From: Macrostomum lignano
Lineage: Eukaryota
NCBI GenBank assembly: GCA_002269645.1
Contig: NIVC01000712.1
Coordinates: 452,250-516,249, forward strand
DNA length: 64,000 nucleotides
Direction: 5' to 3'
Shown here: positions 1-11,400 of the stretch, piece by piece
How positions within the stretch are numbered: position 1 is the stretch's first letter
Layout: every line of letters starts with the position of its first letter
Notes under the pieces: model-generated
The model's database searches: none
What the model saw: the letters and a program-made list of their open reading frames with translations, nothing else
Told to the model about the DNA's origin: nothing
Made by a program: the position numbers and the translations under genes

Positions 1-1521
1 GCAGCATCTCCAGTTCCACTGGCTTTGGCTCGCTTGTTGAAGGCGACGAGCAAGTGGCTGGAAATGCATTGGGATTTTTATTAGCAGGGTGAGAATGAAA
101 GCATTTGGCCGGTTTTATTAAGTACCAGCTAGCATGGGTCAAAAACTACTGACTGCTTGTTTACGGTAATGGTTAGAACTGGAAATCGAAACCAATATCA
201 CCTGTATGACAGCAAGTTTAACGGTGCTCAAAGCAGCTTACAGTCCGAAGCCTTCGAGTGCAGTTCGTATCGCATCGGTTGCTGCTGTGCAGCTGAATCC
301 AAAGATCTTGCCCACCTCCGCTGGCTTAAGTGCGCCTCCGTGTCAAAGCCAGTCAGAACCACAACGGCATTGTCAAGATGGTCAGTCAGAATCTTCCATT
401 TGCAGTTGAGTCCTTCCTCAGGCACAGGGTCCGCGTCAGCTTTCGGAATGATTCGATCCTCAATGAACTCGAGTTTTTTGCTGAGCTGGAACTCATTGGT
501 GATGCCACGCGGATAGCAGTACTCGTTGCCTGCAAGAGCTCTGTGGAGAAGAAGAATGAGGAGGAGTATATTTTTTTGTAAATGGACAGTTAAAAGTTGT
601 CGGAAGGCTCAGCTCACTTAAAATTTGGTCTCTTAAACGTTATTTTCTGAGCTATTATTGGCAAAATGGGTTGTTGATTATGCGACTAATTGGCTTTTCG
701 GCCGGTATTTCAGTTATTTCTTGCATACAGATCTGTTAAATAATATTTTATATTTTACGAGTAATAATATATAGAATGTATGATCACAACATACTATTAT
801 TATTAGCTACGCCCATGAACATGAAGAAATGCCATCGATTTTGTGACAACATTCTAGCTGAAATCAATACGATAAAATAGTTATGTACTTACTATCCTAC
901 TGATTGTAAAAAGACAAGAAAATCTTGTGTGAAAAACAAGTGCTGTTTAACCCACAGAACTGTTCTGCGGTTTAACCAGCTACAGTTGTTCAATGGTATA
1001 ATTCAATTAACTTTCGTACAATAATGTACGACATTAACAGCGCCAGCCTCGCAAGGACAAGTCCCCAAATAACAGCCCCACCAAGGGGCAGTCCCCAAAA
1101 AAGACAGCACCAAAAAGGACAGTGCCCCAAGCAGTATGACACCCCAATCATTATGATGACCCAATCAGTATGATGACCCAATCAGTATGATGACCCAATC
1201 AGTATGATGAGCCAATCAGTATGATGAGCCAATCAGTATGATGACCCAATCAGTATGATGACCCAATCAGTATGATGACCCAATCAGTATGACGCCCCAA
1301 TCAGTGACGCCCCAATCAGTGACGCCCCAATCAGTATGACGCACCCAAAGTGTGGCATCCAAAAGCATTTAAACCACACCAATCAAAAACTTAAATCCGC
1401 TACAGAAATCCCCGCTGGTGCAAGAAATTAAGCTTCGCATGACTCACATTTGAAATGTGGCAGACAGCAGCAGAAGAGTCGACAGTCTTCTGCCTATCAC
1501 AATCTGCAAATTCAGTCGCAT
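1..1521 (-). CDS. Receptor gene copy A (partial; continues off the left edge): exon 1 1521-1448, exon 2 540-242, exon 3 from 57
   Basis: ATG at 1521; exon 1 encodes MRLNLQIVIGRRLSTLLLLSATFQ and ends at GTGAGT (phase 2). Exon 2 lies between CACAG and GTAAGC (299 nt) and translates identically to copy B exon 2 in the ORF track. Exon 3 acceptor is TTTCCAG. Confidence 0.85.
1134..1345. repeat. 17-bp minisatellite (GATGACCCAATCAGTAT)n, about 12 units, intron 1 of copy A
   Basis: Directly visible tandem units with 15-bp variants (GACGCCCCAATCAGT). Confidence 0.97.
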
Positions 1522-2259
1522 GTCGCTCACTTCCGGCACCTAAAATTCGCGATGAGATGTGGGTGCAGCATGGAGTTTCTGTGTCTGCGCCAGCTTTTAC
1601 ACGTAAGACGTGAAACTGCTAAACAAAGATATTCGTAAATTGCATCAAACTTCTTGTACGCGTACTATACGAAATTTCTAATTTAGCAATCTGATTTCTG
1701 TTTTAGTACCCGGATGTAGTGACACATTTCTTGGCTTTTAGCTCGTGCTCGTAGTTTATCCAACCCTGCTGCCAAGAAATTTTAGATGCAAAATCGTGTA
1801 GATTTAGTTTTTATTTGATTTTATATACAATGAAGCATCTGGCGAGCCAGACTCAGCCTTTGCTCTGACTTACCTGAGCATACGAGCGTAATTGCATGTA
1901 TATTTGAGTGGCTCTAAAGACCTCAATAGCTATAATACTATACATGTGTTGCAGATTTAGTCATCTTTTCAGATTGAATTTAAAAATAATTTAGCAGTAG
2001 AAGTACAATACACACACAACCCCAAAGGACTCGCGAACGAGAATGTCTGTTAATCGAACGATGGTAGAAAATTCTGTGGTAACACAAAATATTTTGTTAA
2101 CGATTCTAACTATTTTGCTTCCTATCTTTCCTTAAACAAATATCATTTGACAAAAGAGGACACTTTAACATGGCCATCAAATTATGCTCAAATTTCTTAA
2201 AAACTATGGTAACTAAATGTGCACGAAACTCAACTCACTGTCCATGTGGACTCACTCAC

Positions 2260-2480
2260 CAAGAGATGTTGGCCAACTCCAGCTTCCTGCAGACTTTATG
2301 CAAGAAAATTTAAGAAGGGAGCACCACGGAAAACGCATGATTTTACAGGCGAAGCCGCGGTAACTCTGTGGCAGATCCAAGTAAAATCCAAGTAAAAACC
2401 CACGGCTTTTCCGCGGCGAATGTTTCTCTTAAAGCAGTTGGAATTTGCCCCTCCTTTCAAGTACAACTAAAAGGCAATTC
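2260..2480 (-). other. Probable non-coding 5' exon of the receptor gene (5' boundary uncertain); homologues end at 14140, 19158, 28241, 34161, 53895
   Basis: Donor CTCTTG|GTGAGT is conserved (GTTAGT at 19158). Coding exon 1 is preceded by a conserved acceptor TTTTAG 18 nt before the ATG in all five copies. No consistent ORF across copies. Confidence 0.5.
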
Positions 2481-3034
2481 CATGGCTCTCCCATGGAAAT
2501 TCAGTCAGTAGAATTGTTTAAATAGGGTTGGAGTGTGGGTGTATGCGTGCGCACAGTTGCCGCCCTATTGTACGAGTACGTAGCATGCCAGGAAAGAGAG
2601 ACAGAAGAGATCTGTATCGTTCATGCGCTTTCAGACCAAGCATGCACTGTTCTCTGTACGCCGCCTAACGCTGTACGTTCGTACAAAAAAGAAAACTTCA
2701 ATTTTTCTGTGAACTTAAGAGTTCTTTATTTATTGTTCAAAGCTCAAGGCCCAAAGGCAAAGCAGTTAACTGCAGGGAATGATTACAAGCATGTGACATA
2801 CGTAGGGTCTGGTGGATGTCACTGTCGTCAAAAGTTAAGAGACTAAAATTTTCTTTAGGGTTTCACAAGGGTCTTCAGAATGTGTTTATGAATTCTTCTT
2901 TTAGTTCAGTTCAACAACTGCGAGCAGTGCGAGCTTACGAGCTAAAAGTACTGAGGTGCAGAAACAGCATGAGTATTAGTTTCTTCGCTCTCATTTTTTT
3001 TCTGGTGGAAAACTTTAGCTAGAACTTTAGGGTA

Positions 3035-3575
3035 TGTTTCACATTCCCCAGAGTTCACATTCCCCAGATTTCACATTCCCAGAGTTCACATTCCCCAGAG
3101 TTCACATTCCCCAGAGTTCACATTCCCCAGATTTCACATTCCCCAGAGTTCACATTCCCCAGAGTTCACATTCCCCAGAGTTCACATTCCCCAGATTTTA
3201 CATTCCCCAGAGTTCACATTCCCCAGAGTTTACATTCCCCAGAGTTCACATTCACCAGAATTCCCATTTCCCAGATTTTGCATAACCAGTTTTCACATTC
3301 CCCAGATTTCAAATTCCGCAGATTTCAAATTTCCCAGATCAAATTCCGCAGATTTCACATTCCCCAGATTTCACATTCCGCAGATTTCAAATTCCGCAGA
3401 TTTCACATTCCCCAGATTTCACATTCCCCCAGTGTTCACATTCACCAGAATTCCCATTCCCCAGATTTTGCATCAACAGATTTCACATTTCCCAGATTTA
3501 ACATTCCTTGCATTTCACACTCACCATATTTCACATTCCCAAGATTTTACGTTCCCAAAATTTTACATTCCCCAT
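3035..3575. repeat. 16-bp minisatellite (TTCACATTCCCCAGA[G/T])n, degenerate towards its right end
   Basis: Visible tandem units; they explain the FTFP/HIPQ ORFs. Confidence 0.95.
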
Positions 3576-5568
3576 ATTTCTCCGGCGTCGCAATAAACAA
3601 CAATACAGCAGCACAGGGCGCGCCTCTGGGTCAGGTCGCAAAGGAGGGCCACGTCGACGACTGAATCCAGGGCGCAGGCGTCAGACAGCAGGCAGGAGAC
3701 AAGGCGCGAACCCGCGATACGCGGCCTGCCTGCCTGCTTGTGCCAGCTGGACGCCACCCTCACCCATGTACGTAGGAAAAACCCAGAGCTATTTTTAGCA
3801 ACACATCTATAGAGAGCCATCTGCATGTGCAAGTACAAGGGATTCTCTGGCCTTTGCGGAACGCTCCTTGATTTTTAAACGTTATTAACAGGTTTTTTCC
3901 CTATTATCTTCTGCTTCCATGGCAGAAAGACTTCAAACACACCGGCCTCTAAGGCCCTATTATGAGTGCGAGGCTCACAGCTCAGAATTCGCAGTAATGA
4001 ACACTTCAAGGCAGTGTATCTTATAATCAACTAAAACTAATCAACTAATGAATAGTTTGAGCGGGGTAGGGTTAGCGCTCACGCAGTTTCTCTCTGTGCT
4101 GTTTTTATGGCAATTATCAACCCCCGCCTCTCAACACATTTTGCTGCGAGTCTTCTGTGTCACGCGTTCGCAGGCTGCTGGCTTGGCCCTCAAATCTCAG
4201 ATTCGTTATTGTCATTTGGGCATTGAGATCGGCTTTCATAAGCTGGTCTGTTTGAATAGGTTTGATCAAGATGAGTAGAGGTTGTTGTTTTTTCCACTTC
4301 GATGCAAGCGCTTTTCCGGTGCTTACAGACAGGTATTAAAAGAATGAAAGAAACTGCAAATGATAACACGAACAAGTTTTGTAACTTAGATACTTACTGA
4401 ATGTTATCTTACTTTTTATTTTCTTTCTTTCTAATCTCTTTCCACTTTCTTACTAATCTCTTCTTTGATTAAAAAGATCAGGAGCGTGGCCACGGAAGGG
4501 CCAAAGGGCGATCCGACCCTCCAAATAGGCTGGCAAAGCTAATGGCTGAGTACCTACTGACTTGGCGCCTCTTCAGCAGGTTTGGCGCTTCTTTTCCCAA
4601 TTCTAGCAGTTCCCCCGACCACCACTTTGGCTACTTTGGCCCCAACAACAGCCCTTGGTGCTGGCGCCCCTTGGTGCTGACGCCCATTGGCCCAAAAGTA
4701 CCGGGGTGATAACGGAATGCTTGAGATACCAGCTGAGGATGTCCAGCAGCTTGCCTACTGGATCTCGCTTGATCATCGAAACTAGATAAATTTGCAACAG
4801 CGTGTCTATAGTCACCTGGTGCCACCTGTGGAAGGTCCAGAAGCTCCGCCTGGGTGAAGCCTAGTGACCAACGAATGCAGAGCTGATGCAGACACATGTG
4901 GTCGACGTGCTGATGAAATTTGGAGACTTGGCAAGGCTGCACTGAGGCGAAGTGCTGATTGGCGCTCAGGGGTGTACTGAATACACTGGCGCTTATGGAA
5001 AAAATCAGACCTTCTGGCAGAATCGTCGAATATCTCGACAGTCTGGAGGGCTTGTGTTAGCCCGTGTTGTTGAATTTCGTATGTCTGCGTTGCTCCAGTA
5101 CGGCGCAGCAAAAAAATGTCAGGAGGATACCCCCTCTGGGTAGTTATACTGTTAATTAAGTTCTCGGATTTTTTATCGTTACTTAATTATATTTTCTTCC
5201 TCGTTATTGTTTTATTTCCTCTTACAAATGTTTGATCCAGGGATTACATTTTCGATTGCCTTCTTTCTAGATTACGAGTAGTCTTGAAAGCAGCTCTCTG
5301 ACTACCTTGATCATCGATCACTTAATCAGAGTGCATAATTCTTGAATAACTGGATTCTTCAAGTGACATCTTAATCAATTTTGCTTGTTACTGGTAAAAT
5401 TTAATTTGTAATTCCAATATACGCTTGCAAATTGATACACTTTTATTACAAAAGTTAATAAATGGTTAGGATACAATAATAGGTTTGTACGTAAATGTGG
5501 CTTCGTTCCGAAATTCTCAATGCGTTCGATTATCGGGCCACTACTTCGTTTTAACTTAGTTACGAGCG

Positions 5569-5736
5569 CAGGGGCGTCGCCACCGGGGGGGCATGGGGGA
5601 CATGTACCCCAGTAAAAGCTATGGGGGAGACATATAGCACCTGCGGCACCAAAATGAGTGCTAATAACACTAATTCACAATAATGTACATGTAGAAATTT
5701 AGTCATGTACTTGTAAAATTTATGACGGCGCCCCTG
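5569..5736. mobile_element. 168-bp hAT-like MITE
   Basis: Imperfect 14-bp TIRs CAGGGGCGTCGCCA / TGACGGCGCCCCTG; perfect 8-bp TSD TACGAGCG at 5561-5568 and 5737-5744. Confidence 0.85.
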
Positions 5737-6557
5737 TACGAGCGTACATATGTGTACTATTATTCCACACTTACTTCACGCTACTGCAAAGATAAGGAGG
5801 CGTGGATGGACAATAAACGTAACATGACAGGTCCGGTGATGAAATTTGTACATGGGCTAAGTGTACATTGGGGAGCTACTGAGGAACAATGGGCATATTT
5901 TGCAAATGTGTCTGGGTAAAAGTATTCTGGACAGAAGCTCGTGCAGCCTTTATGACTTCTGCCATTGCTAGAATTAAGAAAGAAATAAATCTAAATATAC
6001 TAAATCTCTAAGGTTTGTATGCTTGAATGAATGAATGTCCATAACGCTCTAGAGACTGCAATCCATATACTAAAAATGAATTAATTCTAAAAAATAGAAA
6101 TATTTCCGATATTTGCAGAGATTTACAGCATTTAAACAGCAGAACAGTAACAGCATAATTATACAGTCATCACTCGCATGTAACAGCATATTTCTCATTC
6201 CATCCTCTTATAGTTTCAATGAAGAGCTTTGAGGCTGCGAACTATTATTCTTACGATTAGTAAAGCTTAGTTAACACCAACAACTAAAACACAAAATCTT
6301 CAAACCTGACATCTGCTCGATGAAGCCGATGAGGAAGTGAAACTGGATTTTGAGTAATCAGACTCCATAATTATGGATCGTTTTGTCTCTTTTGCAAGCG
6401 CGGCTATTGGCTGATCAGATAGAGTTGACTGGCGAGACGAAATGCCAGCTCATAGTCTTTCAAGCCGTTCTGTGCGCGCTGTAGTCTTGGTCAGATTGCC
6501 GAAAAGGTGATGGGTGTTGCGTCACTCCGTCCACATTAGGGAATTCAGCTGCGACGT

Positions 6558-6914
6558 CTAAGGCGCAGCCCCGTTACGATAAAGAAGTTTTTCAGAGCCG
6601 GATTGGCGGACCTCCCCAACCTTTCCTCCATTTTGCGAATTTGCCGCTTTATATTGGCTGAGCTGCCGTCTCAGTAAAATTAGCTTTGAAGTAGAGATAA
6701 ATGCCAATAGAGTTGCAGCAGCAGCCAGGAGTAGAACCAAAATCAGCCTCAACCTTAAAGGATTGGCACTTGTTTGTTCTTCTTCCGTAGCCGGCTGGGC
6801 AGCCGCAAGCATCCAGCTGAGCACAGGTTGGCTCCAGTCTCCGCATCTGTTTCCGGCCGCATCCGGGAAGCTGATCAGAGCCGGAAGCTGCTCACTGCAG
6901 TCCGTGAATCTCAC
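6558..6914 (-). pseudogene. Orphan, 5'-truncated exon 5 (stalk, TM and tail) of the receptor family
   Basis: Translation FTDCSEQLPALISFPDAAGNRCG..WMLAAAQP..TM matches exon 5; homology stops at ~6910, where the GCGAGCTAAAAGTACT spacer block begins. Confidence 0.85.
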
Positions 6915-7019
6915 AGCAGTGCGAGCTAAAAGTACTGTGGTGCAGAAACATCATGAGTATTAGTTTCGTCGCTCTCATTTTGTCTTTTTTGGTGGAAAAC
7001 TTTAGCTAGAACTTTAGAA

Positions 7020-7125
7020 TATGTTTCACATTATCCCAATTTTACATTCCCGAGATTTCACTTTTCCCATGTTTTATATTTCCCAGATTTCACAATTCCC
7101 AAACTCTAAATTCCCCAGATTTCTC
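7020..7125. repeat. Short degenerate copy of the 16-bp TTCACATTCCCCAGA minisatellite
   Basis: Same motif and same flanking blocks as 3035-3575. Confidence 0.75.
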
Positions 7126-8482
7126 TGGCGTCGCAAGTAAAAAACAAAAAGATAAGCTGTCAGAGTCCTTTGACAGTAGCGGCACAAGTCGCAAAGGAAG
7201 GCCACGTCGCCAACCGAATCCGGGTCGCCAGCGTCAGCCAGCAGGCTGGAGACAAGGCGCGAACCCGCGATACGTGCATGGGACTGCTTGATTGTGCCAG
7301 CCGCTCTCACCTCATGTACGCAAGGCGAACCCCAGAGCTATTTTTAGCAACACATCTGTATAGTGCCATCTGCATGTGCAAGTGCACGGGGATTCTCTGG
7401 TCTGTGTTGAACGAACGCTCTTTAATTGTTAAACTTTTGCGTTATTAACAAGTTTTTTTCTGTTATCTTCTGCTTGCATGGCAGAAAGACTTTCAAACAC
7501 TCTGGCCTGTAAAGGCCCTATTATGAGTGAGGCCCAAATCTCAGAATTCGTAGCACAGAATATATTATTCAAAGCAGGGTATTTGATCTAGTCAACAAGA
7601 ACGCATAGGCACAATGCAAAAAATGCATAGTTTGAGTTGGGTAGTGTTAGAGCTCACGAAGTTTCTCTCTGTGTCATTTTTAGGCAACCATCAACCCCAA
7701 CGCATTTTGTTGGGAGTCTTCTGTGTCACGCGTTCGCAGGCTGCTGGCTGCTGCAGCCTCTAATCTCGGAAACAGTTATTTAAATAAACAATGCTGAAAA
7801 TGAAACGGAATGAAATTTCATTGCTATGTGCATGCTATATGCGCTAGTAAATTTATTACATTTTCATTACAAAACGTATATTTCGTAAAAGAGTTACAGT
7901 TAAAATGGTTAGATTAGTAGGTACAATAATTTTGTTAAAATAAATTTGCAGGCTTTGAATTTACCTACTAATACTATTAATACCCAAAATTGTCCATGCA
8001 CTCGTTTTTTTACCACTGTTTAATTCATCAACAAACTAAACAGTCAATTCTTATTCCACACATCTTTCGCGTTAGTGCAGTGAAAACATCAAAAGATGTG
8101 TGGATGGATAAGGTAAAGCAGTAAATGAATTCTAAGTAAATGAAATATTTATAATATTTACAGCGATTACCGCATTTATAAAGCAGAAAAATTGTTGCAT
8201 ATTAGTGACAGCATAAGTGTACAGTGATCACTCGCATATAACAGCTAGCGAACTTCTCACTCAATCCTCGTAGTTCATTCTTAGTAAAGCTGCTAACACT
8301 TAGTTAACACCAGCAACAAAATCATAAAATATTGTCTGTTGAATCTTCAAACCAGTCATTACCGGATGCGTCCGATGAGGAAGTGAAGCTGGATTTCGAG
8401 CAAACAGACTCCATAACTATTAATGATTTTGTCTCTTTTGCAAGCGCGGATATTGCTGATCAAAGCGAGATGATTAGCGTGA

Positions 8483-11400
8483 CTAAATGAGAGCTGGTAG
8501 GCTTTCAAGCTGTTTTATGTGCGTGCTGTAGCCAGAATGAACCAGAGGTTTTTGGGCGTCGGATTGGCAGGCCCCCTCAGGCCCTCCTCCCTTTTCAACG
8601 GGGCTTGGGACCGTCTTTGGCGAAGCTGCTGCTTCACGTTGAAGGCATTGCCGTCGACTCACAAAAATTAGCGTTAAAGTAGAGAGAAATAACAATAGAA
8701 TCAAACCAGCAGCCACAAATTGAACCATAATCAGCCTCATCCGTTCAGGACTGGGACTTGTTTGCTCTTCTTCCGCAGCCGGCTGGGCAGCCGCAAGCAT
8801 CCAGTTGAGCACAGGTTGGCTCGAGTCTCCGCATCTGTTTCTGGCCGCATCCGGGAAGCTGATCAGAGCCGGAAGCTGCTCACTGCAGTCCGTAAAGCTC
8901 ACCAGCCCGAGTACCTCACCATCAATGTTAAGATTGACAGCTCTGAGTGAACCACAGGAAACTGAGGAGTTCGTACTCTGGACGGTATGGTTTCTGGAAT
9001 TAAAGTGTAAAGAGTTGTGAAATTTGATTTAATTAGCCAGCCAATTGTTCCGACAGCAGATAAACTGTTATTCTCAAGTTAAGAAACTCACAGCTTATCA
9101 GCATCCTCGAACTCAGCCATTTTGCAGCCTTCTGCCCCGCAGTTCAGGTAGAAGACTTTCTTGGTCCTGTGCTCATAGAACAGTCCGATGCGAAGCCTCT
9201 GTGCAAGACTCAGCGGCTCCTTGCTGCGGGTGCTCAGGCCGGAGCCGACGCGAGTTCGCTGGCCTGAAGCCGGTGTTCAAGGGGAGTGAAATTGTGCAAA
9301 AGTTAAGGTGTGCGGTCTACAACCCAAGGTAAACAGCGATGTTCAGTAAAGGACACTGCATGCGTTCAATAAGCTGGCGCTGAAAACCATTTCTAAGTTA
9401 CTGCAGGCGAGGAATTTACATCTCTCGTGCGTACTGCTCCTATTGTGGGTTTTGCGGCGGTTTAACATAACGGCTTTGTCGGCCTGAAACTTGTGAATAT
9501 TATTCGATAATAATATGAAAACTATCGATGTAAAAGTAAGTGCAGGACAACTTTATGTTTCTGATTATGGCGCTATCTGGTATCATGGGTTATATTATTG
9601 ATGCTGTGTGAAGCATGCATATTGCAAAAATAATGTAACTTAGGCCATAGGAGCTTGGGGTATGAGATGCAACAGCAAATAAAACGAAGGTTTGTAACTT
9701 GAAAACTTTATTGAAATAAGAGCGTATTTGGAAATGCAGTTTTTAATTTGCATTAATTATTATTAATTAATTTGAAAATTCGCCAATTAATTCGGCTTAA
9801 ATTACCTACAGAGTGTGATTAAACCTTTTAATCACTGTCTTGTTTATGATTGGTAATCTGGTGAAAAATGTTTTTTTCAGTGGCGAAAAGGAGCATTTTT
9901 GAGCAATTGTTCAAATTTGATGCATACGCTCGTACACCGCAGCACAATTATCAAGGCAAAACTTCTGGCTACGCATGCATTCTTTCTTTACCTGCGCTGT
10001 TACGTTGTAATAAGCTTTAAATATTGATTTAGTACTGACATGGCGGGTACAAGACCTGAATTTACCAGTTTTCTTGACCCGAAATGTTACTGTACTCTAA
10101 AATTTGGTGATAGACTTCAAGTTGATTCAATGCAAGCTGCACGCCACAGACATTAACCGTAGGAATACCTCAGGGAATTTCTCAGTTAAAATTTCTCAGG
10201 GAAAGGCTCATTTGCACTCATTCTCAGGAGCCATTAAATTCAATAGCTGATGTGCAATGGAATATAGAATTTTACTTCATTTGATTGCAATTTAGATAAG
10301 CTTTTGTAGTGTAATTTAAGGTGCTATTTCTAAGATGGCTTTGTTTTTATCCCTAATCCATTCCTGACATGCATGTAGTATATTGAGGGAAGTTCACTAA
10401 CACAGCAGCACTCAGCCCTGTTTTAAGATATATAGTCTTCATGCACTAGTAATTCGTACATTATTGTTTCATTTCGCTAAGTGTTTGTAAAGCCACCGGC
10501 TCACTCCAGCTTACTCTCTTTGACGAAGTTCTGCAGAGCCGCGGAGCTGTTGAAGCTGGCGAGCCTCATGACTCCGCTGTCAGCGCTCATCGCAGCCAGC
10601 TCAGCAGTCAGGTTCCGACGAACCGATCCTGTGGTGTAGCAGTTGCTCTCAAAATTTGTAATGTTTCTGCAGCAGAATCCCGGCTCCATCAGCCGAATTT
10701 GTAGACCCGGGATATTCGCTGAGCTTCTCCGATTCAGCCGGAATGAGACCATCAGGTAGCTCCTACAGTTTTTATGTAGAGTGCAGTGGTTGAGTTCAAT
10801 TACAGAATTATAGATTTCAGAGAATTGGCCAGCTCTATCGTACCCTTTGGTCAGTTGCAGCACGCGCAGCATCTCCAGCTCCACTGGCTTTGGCTCGCTT
10901 GTTGAAGGCGACGAGCAAGTGGCTGGAAATGCATTGGGATTTTTATTAGCAGGGTGAGAATGAAAGCATTTGGCCGGTTTTATTAAGTACCAGCTAGCAT
11001 GGGTCAAAAACTACTGACTGCTTGTTTACGGTAATGGTTAGAACTGGAAATCGAAACCAATATCACCTGTATGACAGCAAGTTTAACGGTGCTCAAAGCA
11101 GCTTACAGTCCGAAGCCTTCGAGTGCAGTTCGTATCGCATCGGTTGCTGCTGTGCAGCTGAATCCAAAGATCTTGCCCACCTCCGCTGGCTTAAGTGCGC
11201 CTCCGTGTCAAAGCCAGTCAGAACCACAACGGCATTGTCAAGATGGTCAGTCAGAATCTTCCATTTGCAGTTGAGTCCTTCCTCAGGCACAGGGTCCGCG
11301 TCAGCTTTCGGAATGATTCGATCCTCAATGAACTCGAGTTTTTTGCTGAGCTGGAACTCATTGGTGATGCCACGCGGATAGCAGTACTCGTTGCCTGCAA

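Noticed and set aside
157-581. Plus-strand ORFs over receptor exons (also 9045-9332, 8720-9020, 11022-11434, 60984-61395)
   Set aside because: They are antisense shadows of GC-richer coding exons and recur only because the exons are duplicated.
4603-5143. Cluster of 60-100 aa ORFs in a GC-richer segment (duplicate at 16484-17117)
   Set aside because: No recognisable motif and stops in every frame; it may be a fragment of another gene or TE, but I cannot support a call.
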